Positions 31,288 through 44,930 of a stretch of DNA of 64,000 nucleotides are shown here, piece after piece. This DNA is from Tubiluchus corallicola (taxonomy: Eukaryota; Animalia; Priapulida). Position 1 is the stretch's first letter. Every line of letters begins with the position of its first letter. A program made the translations under genes and the position numbers. Location of the stretch: NCBI GenBank assembly GCA_030141605.1, contig JAQGDQ010000363.1:62001-126000 (forward strand), read 5' to 3'. The notes under the pieces are model-generated. The model was given only the letters and a program-made list of their open reading frames with translations, did no database searches and was not told the DNA's origin.

Positions 31288-33066
31288 CATATGACGTGAT
31301 GAGTAATGGCTGACATGCTACAAGCGTCATCTGCTAAACTGCGACTAGTAGATATTGCACACAAAATTAATAAATCCTTTTTTGATCAGTAATCTTTTGA
31401 GCTGCGGACACATTCTCCTGTATAGTTAAACTCAGTGTTACATTATTAACAGAATAATAAAGCAGTAGCGTGAAAAGAGGAGAAACCTTAAGCAAAAGCT
31501 GTTTCTATTGTCAATGTTTGCAAATTGTACTATAAAACAGTGCAGTTTTCTACCTTGATACTCTAACCACTTCTGCTACAGAAGTTTTGGAAATTAATCA
31601 TAATCATCATCATAATGACCATTACGTCTATTGTAGACACTGGGCAGGCAGAAAATTCCAAAATGAAAGAAACCTGCCCTTAGGTAGTTCAACAAGAACT
31701 AGACACTGCTATGCTAGTGGCTTAATACTCACAATAATTGAAAACCAACTAGAAAAAACCTTTACCTTTCTTATCAAAATAAGGAAACCTTTAACTATTT
31801 TATGACACGTGAAAAAAGACAGTTTTAAGCAGGTTGGTTGATTCTGCCTTGCAAGACCTGAGTAAACACAAGTATAATTATAAATTAAAAAGTAGGGAAA
31901 CAGGTTTTCTACGCAAGTATGCAAGCGTTTAGGAATTTAGTAAAATTGTTTCTAGGTGGCGATGGTTACAAATAATAGAAAGACAGTTGGTGCCACCTGT
32001 TGATAAGTAATTAAAAGAAGCGTAAGTGATTGAGTGTCACAATAGTAATGCGCTTAAATTTTATTTAATAAAAAGAATACTGGTTGATGCTTTTGACAAT
32101 TTTATTTCTAGAATATCATAGAACAGATGAGACCAAAGTGGAAAACTTGCTTGAATAACAGACTGTAGCAATAATAAAATTATGAATTAAGACGTTGTAT
32201 AATGTTCATTCTGCGTGGTCTGATCATTGCCACTTACATTAAAATTCTAGATCATAAAATACATGTTTTGTAGAGGAAGACAAAGCTGATCAGTGTCACA
32301 AATGATTAAATTAGCCAAAAATGTACTTACAGTTTGAAAACTTATGTCACTTCTACATATTATTTAACCTTAAGACATAACTTTCTGTGTTAATATATGC
32401 ATGACCATATCTTTATTCTCTATAGTAAAATTGAAATCTGATATTCATCTTCATTATACAAAAGTGTCTTATAACTTTTTTTGATACGGACAATGATCAT
32501 TTTGTCATGGGAATCAACAATGCAATACGAGATCAGTTTAACATAAAGTTGATTTCACTTATGTTACCTTATGTTGTATGTTAAGTTAGTACCGTACGTA
32601 TGTTAAGTAATACCGTACATTATTAGCTACATTACTATTAATTACAACATAAAAAGCTACCAAAGTGAAACAAAAGTATGAATTTCAATTTGACTAATAA
32701 AAATCACATACACTCAGAGGGTGGAGACTATTGATTTTCTATAATGAGTTGGGACTATAGTAGTTCTTTTGCTGGCAATGAGTTCAAAAATTTAGTATAT
32801 AAACTTGTAACTTTTGTGAACTTTGACTGCTCCAAGTTTAAAAACTAATAAACAACAATAAAGTTTACACAATTCACTAATTCTGTTTTAACAAAAAGAT
32901 AATCCTGATTATTTGTCCATTGACAACTTTCAAATGTAAATAGAAAATCTGCATGAATTCGCAGTTGTAAAAACACATCACACTTGAATCAGTGACAGTA
33001 CAAAGTCACAATCAATTAAATTTAGACGCCAAACTTGTTCTAAATCCGTTCCGCGGTACACAACAC

Positions 33067-33460
33067 AAACGAAAAATCTGTTTCTCGGTACAGACACAAA
33101 TCTTGTGCATCCAAAACGAAAAATCTGTTTCTCGGTACAGACACAAATCTTGTGCATCCAAAACGAAAAATCTGTTTCTCGGTACAGACACAAATCTTGT
33201 GCATCCAAAACGAAAAATCTGTTTCTCGGTACCGACACAAATCTTGTGCATCCAAAACGAAAAATCTGTTTCTCGGTACAGACACAAATCTTGTGCATCC
33301 AAAACGAAAAATCTGTTCCGTGGTACAGACACAAATCTTGTGCATCCATAACGAAAAATCTGTTTCTCGGTACAGACACAAATCTTGTGCATCCATAACG
33401 AAAAATCTGTTCCTTGGTACAGACACAAATCTTGTGCATCCATAACGAAAAATCTGTTCC
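33067..33460. repeat. 47-bp minisatellite, about 8 copies
   Basis: Unit AAACGAAAAATCTGTTTCTCGGTACAGACACAAATCTTGTGCATCCA. Confidence 0.95.
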
Positions 33461-35262
33461 ATTAACATACCGTTGCTTAAAGTGCTTCTGTGATGAGGCT
33501 AACACAGCTAATATATAGCTCTCATGCATGGCACTGGAATTAACATCAAAAACAGAAGGTATTTGGTTCGAGTCATGGTGGCGAGACAAAATTTTTACAG
33601 ATTTTCTAATTTGCTGTGGTTTTTGTGCAATTAGGGGAATAGTTACTCAGCATTAATCAAGGGTAATGACGTTTTGTTAACGATGATTGGCTCGCTGTCA
33701 CGTTAAAAAAATTCAATAACATATGCATTCACGTTTAAGAAGCTCGCAACTTTGCTGGTAATTCTAATGTCGTATTAATTATGTGCGTGTCTGCAGCAAA
33801 TATACTTGTAATTTCTTAATGTACTTTTTGAAATAATAAAATCTGGCAGTGCTCAATTTTTTAACAGCCTCATCCGCTTAAGTGTGGTATTTCTATGTGA
33901 AAATAATGAAAAATGGAGGCCCAACAATTATTTTATTTTTATGTGGTTTCCCCTTTTTTCTTGGTCTTCACCCGATGATACACCACAGGTGTGGTTTGAA
34001 GCCATGTGACTTTTTATGTTTTTAATTGCTCAGTTAACACTATTATACTACTACAACAACAATTACTAATAATAATAACAATAACGAGAATAATAATAAG
34101 AATTAGTGACGTGGCGTGGGGTTTGTTTTGATTAAAAGGTTTTGTACAGTTTGCAACAATTATTGTATTAAGACATTGCTGGGAGTAAAAAAACCTCCTC
34201 CCCTTGTGATTTGGAAGCAGGCACGGCTAATGTCAGAGAGTTAATTTTGAAAAGGCGTGAACGGTTGTGTTTTTATTTGTTTTATACTCCGGTTCTTTAC
34301 CAATTTAACGTTGCGGCCATTTTAGTCAAATAAATGCTAAAAATGAAAGTAGAAACAAGAATTTCTGTTTAAAGAAAATAATTATTCAAATTACACCCAG
34401 TAGTATTTTGCGCAAGCAATTGGTATAGCTTAAATACTAAACTAATTACTATATATGATATACATGTGTAGCATAATAAATTCTAGGTAGGTGTTATAAT
34501 TTGAATTACTGTTTTGAATGCTGTTTATACGTGGAAACAGAGAGTAGACATGACTCAGCTAATCAGTTGAAAAACAGTCTTTAAATGCAATGTCAGAATT
34601 TTGATTTCTCTTAATCTTTAAAGCTTTTAACCTTTCACAGATTTTACTTCAACTTTATTTTTCAATGAATGTTTTTAATAAGGATAACCAAAAGTTACAA
34701 CTTATTTCCGTGCACTTCAGCTAGATCTAAATTTCAATATTCCAAAGGTGAGTTCACACTTTATTACAATCAAAATAAACATCGAGAGAAATGCTCAGCT
34801 AAACTCATTTGTTTCCATTTAAACAGGGTCCAACTTAGAAATTTGTAAGAAGTAAACATAATCCAAATCTTTTGCAAATGCAAGTTAATTGCATTAATAC
34901 TCTTGCAATTACTTCTAATTTATATTCACAATTGTTAACAATGTTTTATTCCAGTAAGAAATCACAACTATAACCTCTTTCTAGATTTTCATAGTATATT
35001 ATAATAAAGACAAAAGCACAGCAATTTATAGAATAGAAGAACCAATACACTTATCTTTACTCGTCAAGAGTTGTGATAACCACAAACCCAAACCTTAGTT
35101 CACATAAATGCATCTATTACCCTGCCTGACTAAGTAAGATACAAGACGACTTTTACAAAAACTCTAGCCCAAACACGATCATAGTGGCAACTGTCAAAAT
35201 AACAGCCAGTATGATTTCTAGAAATTGCCACCTCCAGAATTTCCAGCACAAGTATTGCGCGC

Positions 35263-36179
35263 TACCTGCGTCACTGATTTTAAGGAGGTCAGTCTCCTTT
35301 GCAATTGTTTAAGCAAGCGACAAGCTTCTATTATTATGGCAGTACAATTGAAATCAGTCCGAACTTGCTGATTTATAACTAAACAGCAGGTTTTCCCTTT
35401 AGCTAGGAGTGTTAAATTTTACCTATAGTTTACAAGTGTATAAGAGCTTTACCGCCATAATTATCAGTGAGCTGAAATTCTGTATGCGTAGATTCATATA
35501 TACGCATACAGAATATATTTATATCTTTGCTCATATATAATCACATCATCAAAATTTATTATAATCACGAACACAAGGGCAAAAACAATCTGACTAAAAT
35601 GTGAAAGGGCCGACCATAGGAGATTTAAAGCATTGTGCTACAAAATGCGCCTCAAGTTTATACTGTGCCAGCTTTTATAAGCTATAAAATTAACATAACA
35701 AATCAATGATGATGATGACGATGATGTTGATAATGATGATGATGACGATGATGATGATAATGATGATGATGACGACGACAACGACGACGATGATAATGAT
35801 AATGATGTTGCTGTTGATGATGATGATGATGACGATGACGACAATATGATGATGATGACGACAATGACGATGACGACGAGGATAATGATCATGAATATTT
35901 GCAAACACACTAAATACAGTGATTTAATTAACAAGGGGCTTCTATAGATGACAGTACGTTAGTCATGAATTTTTCTAGTTCAAATGAAATTTACGTTATT
36001 ATACTCATAATTGAACAAAATTTTAACAGTATTCTGATTTACAACTAAACAGCAGGTTTTCCCTTTAGCTAGGAGTGTTAAATTTTACCTATAGTTTACA
36101 AGTGTATAAGTGCTTTACCGCCATAATTATCAGTGAGCTGAAATTCTGTATGCGTAGATTCATATATCTTTGCTCTTGG

Positions 36180-36219
<40 letters not shown>

Positions 36220-36346
36220 GTGTATATAATCACATCATCAAAATTTATTATAATCACGCACACAAGGGCAAAGATAATCTGACTAAAATGTGAAAGGGCC
36301 GACCAATGGAGATTTAAGGTATTGTGCTACAAAATGCGCCTCAGGT
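35263..36346. repeat. Locally duplicated block with a (GAT/GAC)n tract; copy at 43181-43964 and partial tandem copy at 36033-36346
   Basis: TACCTGCGTCACTGATTTTAAGGAGGTCAG...AAATTTTAACAGTATTCT is shared with 43181-43964. Confidence 0.9.
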
Positions 36347-37486
36347 TATACATGCCCGTCAGCATAAGATAAACATGAAAAATTTGAAAACTGATTAATA
36401 TCGTTAGTTTCGAAAATCCGAACACAACGCAATGCGATAATTCTTGAGTGAGTTAGGTTGCTTTAATCGAAAAGCTTTTCTTTCTCCTCAACATCTTGCC
36501 GCTTAAAAACCGAAACAGGAAGGTGTATCATTGCTGAGATGAGCACTACCATGCAAACCTCCATTCTTGATATCACCCCACTTCCACAGGTTTCCACCGC
36601 TATGGTAACAATATTGAAACAAGTGTTTGATTTCTTCTGCCGCCAGTGCGCGATCATAGAAATTCCAACCAGCAATTTTTCCCTTGAAAGCTTGAATTGA
36701 GTCAAATCCACTTCTTGGCCAAAGACAAGCTGCTTGCCCTTTTCAATCTGTGTTGCAGCAAAAAGGTAGCCAGTGCCAACTGAGACTCCATCTACGTATA
36801 TTTGTGTCCGTCCATCGGAATTTCTCCAAGTAGTACAGATGAAGTGCCATTTGTCATCTTGAAGTGTATCATAATAACCGTGCACAGAGCTAAAAAAGCA
36901 AATATCATAGTTACCACCATTACCACCACTGCTGTTGTTTAGCTTGTTTTGCATTGTTGTCACCATTACCATTACTAGTAAACTGCTGTTGATATCAATG
37001 TCACTGCTGTTGTTACTGCTGCTGCTATTGCTACCACATAATTACATTTTGTCATTAACGTATGCTATAATAATTTTGTCATACATTATTTGTTATTGTT
37101 ATTATTGTTGTTGTTGCTGCTATGTCTGTTGATTTATAAGCCTACTCTATATTAAAGTGCTGTTTAGATGGAAGCATAATAAAAATTCTTTTTGCCACGT
37201 ATTCACTAAGTTACAGCAAAAGTTCATTTTCCCTAGTTATTTGCAAAATTGTGAATTAGAAAATTAAGATTTACGAAATGTACAAATTTAAGAATCTTGG
37301 TAATAAGGTTCATATCTATATATGTGAAAATATACAATGTTTACAATATTATCAGTTACACATAGATATTTATGAATGTAATGATATATATTATTGTTAT
37401 ACATTTTAATGATTTATTCTGAGTTATTCATACTGTTTTTGGCAAGGAAACGGTAGTAAAAATAGGAACGGCAATGGGGGTACCAG

Positions 37487-37499
37487 TAACAGCAGCAAT

Positions 37500-37566
<67 letters not shown>

Positions 37567-37662
37567 GCATCAGTACCAGCAGCAGCAACAGCAACAACAA
37601 AAACAACAAAAGTAGCAACAACAACAACAACAACAACAGCACCACCACCACCAGCAACAACA
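37487..37662. repeat. (CAA/CAG)n microsatellite
   Basis: Directly visible. Confidence 0.95.
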
Positions 37663-38766
37663 TTACGTGCTTACACGTTCATCTTTTACAATATTTGCGG
37701 AAGTTTGTTTCTGTTTCGTACTTTAATTTGGGGCGTTGCTTATAGTGTTCTTCAACATTCTAACATTTAACTGAAAACACAAGTTGAAAAAGTTGTATTT
37801 ATTACACAGCGTATCTCCAGAATGAGATTTGCGTATTCGCTGTTTGAGATATCCAGACTCCTGCATGATCGATGTGGTAAGACCAGAGGCCTAGAAAATG
37901 CCATGCATTTTCCGATAAAGACATGACCTTGACCCAACCACAAAAGGAAAGTTCTGTGTTCCCTCCTCCTTGAAAGGCATTGTTCTTCTGGTAATAATCA
38001 GCATCGCTTTTGAAGGGAAAGTCAACTTCAAAACATTCATCTAAGAAAATAAGGGAAGCAGTAAAGAAAGAAGTAACATTCTTGGTGTGTATATTACAAT
38101 GTACACACTGCTACTGTGCCAGCTTTTATAAGCTATCAAATTAACATAACAAATCAATGATGATGATGACGATGATGATGATAAATATTTTAAATATTTT
38201 TACACTGTCAGCTTGGTGCCAGAAAAATTTGATAAAAGTTTAATGCTAGTTACAAATGCGGTACCGGGCAACACAAATTTGGTACCATGAGAGCATCTGA
38301 TAAAGGAATGTTTCTCACGCTAGAGCAACTAGTATCTAGTTAGCTATTACAAACAATTTATTTATTCATATAATCTATTGTTAATTGATTTTTTCTTTTG
38401 TTTAGCAAAAATTTTGCATTTTATTCTGTTACTTAAACTTTTTTATGTGACCAGTTTACGTAAATTGAAGGTTATTTGATACTGAATGCTAGCGATCATT
38501 ACCGTAATTATTCGCACCACTGTAAGATAAGTGATCTATGTTAAAAAATAATTGACAAAAGCACAGCTTTATGGTGAAAGGGAAGGTGAAAGCGATTATG
38601 CAAACCTTGTATATTATCCGTGTTCACCAACTCGAGGTATTGTTTTTCCACCTGTAAAAAAACACAGATAAGTATTAGTAAACAAAATATTTAGCATTCC
38701 GAAGTACACCGTATAATACACACAAGCGCGTGCGCACACACATGCACACGCATGCACACGCGAGCG

Positions 38767-38814
<48 letters not shown>

Positions 38815-39082
38815 AACTCATCTTGGTCACCCGGATAAACCACTCGCTCACCAACTCGTTTGCTTGACCTCTAAAGCTCATCCTTTCGTCCTGCATCTGC
38901 ATTTTTCATAGTCCTAATACGAATAGTCGTGAGTAGGTGTATTCGTATAGCCGTAGCCGTGGCAATAACCAAAGATTTCAGGCTATCAAGGAGAAAGGTA
39001 TCATTTCACCCAGAACTTTGATCTTTAAATAACCTTATATATCACTTCATCACTGCTCAGCTCCCTTCGTTCAATCTTTATA

Positions 39083-39922
39083 CAGGGTGAACACAAAAAA
39101 GTAAGTGCGTTTTAGAGTATCACAGAGCCGAGATTTTTTTATGTTATTTTGTAGGTGAATTGAACGTTTAAACTACAAATAATTTAGTATTTTTACCGCT
39201 AATTTTTGTTAGAAAAAGGAAAAAATTAAATAAGTTATGCTTGATGTTGTCATTAAGCCTGTAAAAATGAAAAAAAAGACATATTAGTATGAGTGTATTT
39301 TTGGATAACAATATTTTATTAATATTCGATTAATTTAGGGATTTTACTAATAAATTTTTATTAATTTTATAACTGATAGCGTAAATTTCATTTTATTTAT
39401 TTTACTTTTTTTCCAGAATTTTAAATTTTCAAAATTAACCCTAGGCGGTGACATCAGTTTTCCTTAGCAATTTCTCAATGACTGTTCTTTATCATTTTCG
39501 ACTGGAAAAACTTTTTGTGCAATGGCCCTTTGTCAATCCTGAAATGTTTGATAATAATTGTTGAAATAATGTTTTCGTGTTTTATGGTGAACAGCACAGG
39601 TTTTAAAATGTAGGTATGTGAAAAACTAAAATAAAATTAATGAATAAAGAAATGAAACAAATAAAATAAAATTAATACTTATGCAAACTATAAAGTTAGT
39701 ACAATCAGTTTTGTCTGTGCAATTACAAATATCTAGTTTTCATTCTTAAGTTCTTCATGGCAACAAACGTGAAAATAATGTTTATTTTCTGGGATTCTAA
39801 GCAAAAACTGGCAGGCAAGTGCTAATGTGTTTTAGTTTACCTTGTTAAATTCATATACAAACTGGATAAAAATTCTCAGCTCTATGGCATTTTAAGAAGG
39901 CTTGCTTTTTTGTGTCCACCTG
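39083..39922. mobile_element. Old Tc1/mariner-type non-autonomous element in a pentraxin-gene intron
   Basis: Imperfect TIRs of about 50 bp: CAGGGTGAACACAAAAAAGTAAG...AGAGCCGAGA versus TCTCAGCTCT...CTTGCTTTTTTGTGTCCACCTG; TA on the left. Confidence 0.65.
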
Positions 39923-40065
39923 ATATAATGTGCAAACACTGATGAAAAGTTTCGTTTTAATAATACATCATTACAAAAAATTGATTGATTTGTATAAAAA
40001 AGTATTTGGTTTGAACAATTTGATCTGTAATCATTGGCCTGTATATGCTATACATTTACTGAAAC

Positions 40066-40120
<55 letters not shown>

Positions 40121-40928
40121 TGCAGAAGAATGGACGGACAGACAGATGGACAATTAAATCGAGTAAATGAACTCGATAGGCCTATAAAACATACTGCAGA
40201 TGGGAGAAATTACACTTACTAACCTCTGGAATAGTCAGATAAACTGACCCCATCACTGTATTGTTTGCAAATGTAGTGCACTCGTCTATAGCTCTAGATT
40301 TAAGCAGATCACATTGGACAGTTTCTTCGGAATCTGGGATTATGTTAATGCTTCTACATGTTTCATCTTCAGCACAAGATATAGCGCACTCTATGGCTGA
40401 TGGCTTTTTGACTAGTGTGTTCACTAATCTGGCAGAATCAGTATCTGCTTTAAGACTAGAATTTTGCTGTGCAGGAGGCACGAATTTAGCCTTTTGCACA
40501 GCACAGTAAGATCCTGCTATCAAGCAAATTAAGATCAAAAGAAAATTAATATGAGCAAGTGTCATTTTTCCGTAAAGTGATGACATATCTGTTACCTCAG
40601 CCACAATCAAACAAAGTGAATACTACTTCTCGGAATGACGTTAGTCAAACTAACATGTGGGCTCAAGCAAATAAAAATTTTATGTATACAGATCCCCGTG
40701 GCAAAGCGTGCGTGATTACCCTTATAACAAAAAGTATCTTCGCAGGTTGCTAGGTTTCAAGTCATTAGCTAAACAAATGACTCAGCCGGTCAGTCATTAT
40801 TGGTCACACTTTAATTAATGAATAATAAAACAGCACATTTAAATTATTTACGACATGATACATTGGGCAAGGGAATAAAATAAACAACTTTTGGTATTAC
40901 ATCCTGTGCATCTACTACATGGAGAACA

Positions 40929-41689
40929 CAGGGGCGAATTAACCATTAGGCTAATAAGCCTATATAGCCTTAGGTCCTAAATTATAATAGGCCTCAGAAT
41001 CTAAAAACCGATGACCATTCAAACCAAGATAAAGCTATAGTAAACAGGATAACAAACTGAACGTGCTGAAGACAAGTTTTCTTTTTTGCTCACTGCTAAT
41101 GAGTACTTGAGCGATTGGGCCTATTCTGAGCACAAAGTAACCGTTTTTCGCGATAGACCCACACATTTCGACATAGGATGCTTCACTACAAAACATGGAC
41201 ACAGCCTGTAACTTGAACACATAGGCTGTTTGGACAGAGAGGTTTATATTCTTTAGACCAAAGAATTCGACTCTTTTAAGAGGACATTTAAATATGTTCA
41301 GCATATTTCTGTTTGCCCGACGTTTTGGAATCTTCATCAGAGATAACTTCATCATTAACGAAAAAGCATGACAAGCAAAATCATTCCCATTCATCACGAT
41401 TAACGACAACGGCTGTTGGTAAATTGATACAAATATTGAGGAACAGCCAGTCAGCCACAAACATTTTTTATTTTCTAAGAAGTTTGATGGCAATCTGACC
41501 TATGTATGAGTCTGATATAGATATCGTTTTGTGCAAAAATATTCTATGTGAATAAATTTCAGGATCAGCTGCAAAGCATAATTGGATGTACAGTTGCGCA
41601 TGCGCATAGCCAATGCATTTAGGTCCGTATCATTTCCGACTAGTTTGTTGCTAGCCTTATAGGCCCATGAAACCTTTAATCCACCCCTG
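40929..41689. mobile_element. hAT-like non-autonomous element
   Basis: Short TIRs CAGGGGCGAATTAA / TTAATCCACCCCTG with subterminal TAGCCTTA repeats; no clean 8-bp target duplication seen. Confidence 0.55.
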
Positions 41690-42559
41690 GCAGGGCGAAA
41701 TTACCATTATAATGGCTTATGAGAAATGAATTTCAAATGGATTACAACGCTTTTTTGATATTAAATTATATAACAATGCGTCTGCCATGTATTGTCAGAA
41801 TAGTTAATTTACACAACTGTTACAGTATTGTTCAACTGTGTGAGATGCATGAGATTTCCACGCTTAACCTAAGTATCAAAACTACGTGACAGGTTTTCTA
41901 TTGACTCAGCAATACTTTGATTTAATAGTAATCAGTAGCTGTTGTTCTGCACTATTACTCGTCGTTTTGCCTCCCCCGCTGTGCAAAGGTTTTGTTACAC
42001 ATGTACTTCAATCAGGATAATAATTAACCAGTCTACTTCAACTTCCATGGATGTCCATGTTTCTCCAGGAGAAAAACGCAGATGAGTTGAAAAGGTGTGT
42101 ATTGCTTCAAAGTACTGCTCAGTGCTCAGTCATTATTAAATTTTTGAGAATCAATCATGCTCTTACTATTTACTGAGAAAGCGATGAGTCTCGCACAGCC
42201 CGCAGTCTTAATGTCAATGCGCTAGATCCTCTTCACTACCAGTGGCGAGCAAGCAGACATCAATGAAAAGTGTCTGTTTGCGTGATCAACACGTTCAACT
42301 TGTTTTACGAATTACACCAAATATCTTTTATGTCAACTTGCCTTTACTGTTCGCTTGCTTTTAATTATATACATCCTGAGGAATAGGCCTATGATTTTGG
42401 TAAATTGAACTGAGTTGCTTGGAAACTCACCACTCAACCCAGTCAAGTTTTAGTACTGCTTTTTCTTCTTTCTTGTATGACATTATACTGAAATGTGTTT
42501 TTAAGCACCTGAAATTATGCAGCTTTGTCTATTTGAGAGTTATAAATTACATATACCTG

Positions 42560-43177
42560 ATGATGTTCGTCCTTCGAATCGAAGATGACCATAGTGACAG
42601 GGATAAAAGGTCAGTTTGGGGGGGTTGTCATTCCTTTGATGAGCTCGAAGGTGACTGAGTAGGCAAATTCTGGCCTGAAAACTTCTTTGGCATTTGGCAC
42701 AGGTGAGGCTGGGCGTTTGGACCTGTTGTTGGGCAGTGTCACATGCCTTGCGTCTCCTGTACTTCTCCTCTGCTTCCTCAATTCTTTCCGCCCCTGCTAT
42801 CTTAGCCCCTGTGGTGATGGCACTCCGCCATGCTGGGCAATCTTGTGCAAGGGTTTCCATAGAGTGGATATCCATGCTGAGTTCCTTGAGTGAGGCCTTC
42901 AGGCTGTCTTTGAAGCGTTTCCTTGGTCGTCCAACCTTTCTCTTTCCAGACACAAGTTCTCCATAGAGCATCTTCTTTGGTATGCGGTTGTCTGGCATGC
43001 GAATCACATGTCCTGCCCACCGAACTTGTGTTTTGAGGAGGAGTGTATGGATGCTGGGGATGTCAGCTCTTTTAAGTACCTCTGTGTCTGGCACCTTGTC
43101 CTGCCACTTGATGTGCAGGATTTTCCTCAGATAGCCCATGTGAAAGTGGTAAAGCTGTTTTACGTGTCTCCTATATA
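42560..43177 (-). mobile_element. 5'-truncated RTE-clade LINE (3' end of the RT ORF)
   Basis: LRKILHIKWQDKVPDTEVL...RWAGHVIRMPDNRIPKKMLYGEL..GKRKVGRPRKRFKD, C-terminal CxxC..HxxxH finger, 3' end GGTCATCTTCGATTCGAAGGACGAACATCATCA. 9-bp target duplication ATATACCTG at 42551-42559 and 43178-43186. Confidence 0.92.
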
Positions 43178-43180
43178 ATA

Positions 43181-44463
43181 TACCTGCGTCACTGATTTTA
43201 AGGAGGTCAGTCTCCTTTGCAATTGTTTAAGCAAGCGACAAGCTTCCATTATTATGGCAGTACAATTGAAATCAGTCCGAACTTGCTGATTTATAACTAA
43301 ACAGCAGGTTTTCCCTTTAGCTAGGAGTGTTAAATTTTACCTATAGTTTACAAGTGTGTAAGAGCTTTACCGCCATAATTATCAGTGAGCTGAAATTCTG
43401 TATGCGTAGATTCATATATACGCATACAGAATATATATATATATAGATTATATATATATAGCTTTGCTCTTGCATATATATATATATATACATGTATATA
43501 TATAATCACAAATTATCACATCAAATAAATTTATTATAATCACGAACACAAGGGCAAAGATAATCTGACTAAAATGTGAAAGGGGGGCCGACCATAGGAG
43601 ATTTAAAGCATTGTGCCACAAAATGCGACTCAAGTTTATACTGTGCGAGCTTCTTTTCTATAAAATTAACATAACAAATCAATGATGATGATGACGATGA
43701 TGTTGATAATGATGATGATGACGATGATGATGATAATGATGATGATGACGACAATATGATGATGATGACGACAATGTGATGATGATGACGACAATGACGA
43801 TGACGACATGGATAATGATCATGAATATTTGCAAACACACTAAATACAGTGATTTAATTAACAAGGTGCTTCTCTAGATGACAGTACGTTAGCCCTGAAT
43901 TTTTCTCGTTCAAATGAAATTTACGTTATTATACTCATAATTGAGCAAAATTTTAACAGTATTCTCTTTAAATCGAGTTGTCATTAATGGCAATAATGAC
44001 GATGGTGATGATGAAGACCAATGGTGATGCGATGTTGATGATAAATATTTTAAATATTTTTACACTGTCAGCTTGGTGCCAGAAAAATTTGATAAAAGTT
44101 TAATGCTAGTTACCAATGTGGTACCGGGCAACACAAATTTGGTACCATGAGAGCATCTGATAAAGGACTGTGTCTCACGCTAGAGCAACTAGTATCTAGT
44201 TAGCTATTACAAACAATTTATTTATTCATATAATCTATTGTTAATTGATTTTTTCTTTTATTTAGCAAAAATGTTGCATTTTATTCTGTCACTTAAACTC
44301 TTTTATGCGGCCAGTTTACGTCCATTGAAGGTTTTTTGATACTGAATGCTAGCGATCATTACCGTAATTATTCGCACCACTGTAAGATAGGTGATCTATG
44401 TTAAAAAATAATTGACAAAAGCACAGCTTTATGGTGAAAGGAAAGGTGAAAGCGATTATGCAA
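43181..44463. repeat. Duplicated block matching 35263-36033 plus pentraxin intron sequence 38165-38603
   Basis: Long near-identical stretches, e.g. GATAAATATTTTAAATATTTTTACACTGTCAGC...GGTGAAAGCGATTATGCAA. Confidence 0.9.
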
Positions 44464-44654
44464 TGATGAAGATCTTAAGTTTAATAAACCCCTAACATTT
44501 GCTTCGCATCATCACTCTCGTGGATTTAATTCCCTTCAAAAATGTTATAATTGCGTTCCTGACAACATTTTAGATAGTATTTGGTGTTCTTGTAGCCCTC
44601 AACCCTACGTTGGTACAACATGCAGTTTATTCGTCTGATATCTATATCACAATA

Positions 44655-44930
44655 TATCTATATCTGTATCTGTGTCTGTGTCTGTGTCTGTGTCTGTGTC
44701 TGTGTCTGTGTCTGTGTCTGTGTCTGTGTCTGTGTCTGTATCTGTATCTGTATCTGTATCTGTATCTGTATCTGTATCTGTATCTGTATCTGTATCTGTA
44801 TCTGTATCTGTATCTGTATCTGTATCTGTATCTGTATCTGTATCTGTATCTGTATCTGTATCTGTATCTGTATCTGTATCTGTATCTGTATCTATATCTA
44901 TATATCTATGCTATCTATCTATCTATATAT
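44655..44930. repeat. (TGTGTC)n(TGTATC)n microsatellite
   Basis: Directly visible. Confidence 0.97.

Larger units (their letters stand above)
36503..40586 (-). pseudogene. Secreted PAN/apple + pentraxin-domain gene, frameshifted in the last exon. Exons 40586(or 40565)-40224, 38651-38606, 38040-37806, 36889-36503
   Basis: Signal peptide (INFLLILICLIAGSYCA); PAN pattern ECAISCAEDETCRSIN...QCDL; pentraxin motifs LSFCGWVK, DDKWHFICTTWRNSDGRTQIYVDG, LVFGQEVD, then in a shifted frame FDSIQAFKGKIAGWNFYDRALAAEEI...GNLWKW to TAA at 36505-36503. The donor at 37805 is weak. Confidence 0.8.

Noticed and set aside
30489-31330. Repeat-protein ORFs on both strands
   Set aside because: By-product of a 48-bp unit; the frame breaks near 30831 and there is no start or splice context.
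21960-33460. 47-59 bp repeat arrays as CRISPR arrays
   Set aside because: Units are contiguous with no unique spacers, there are no cas genes, and the context is eukaryotic.
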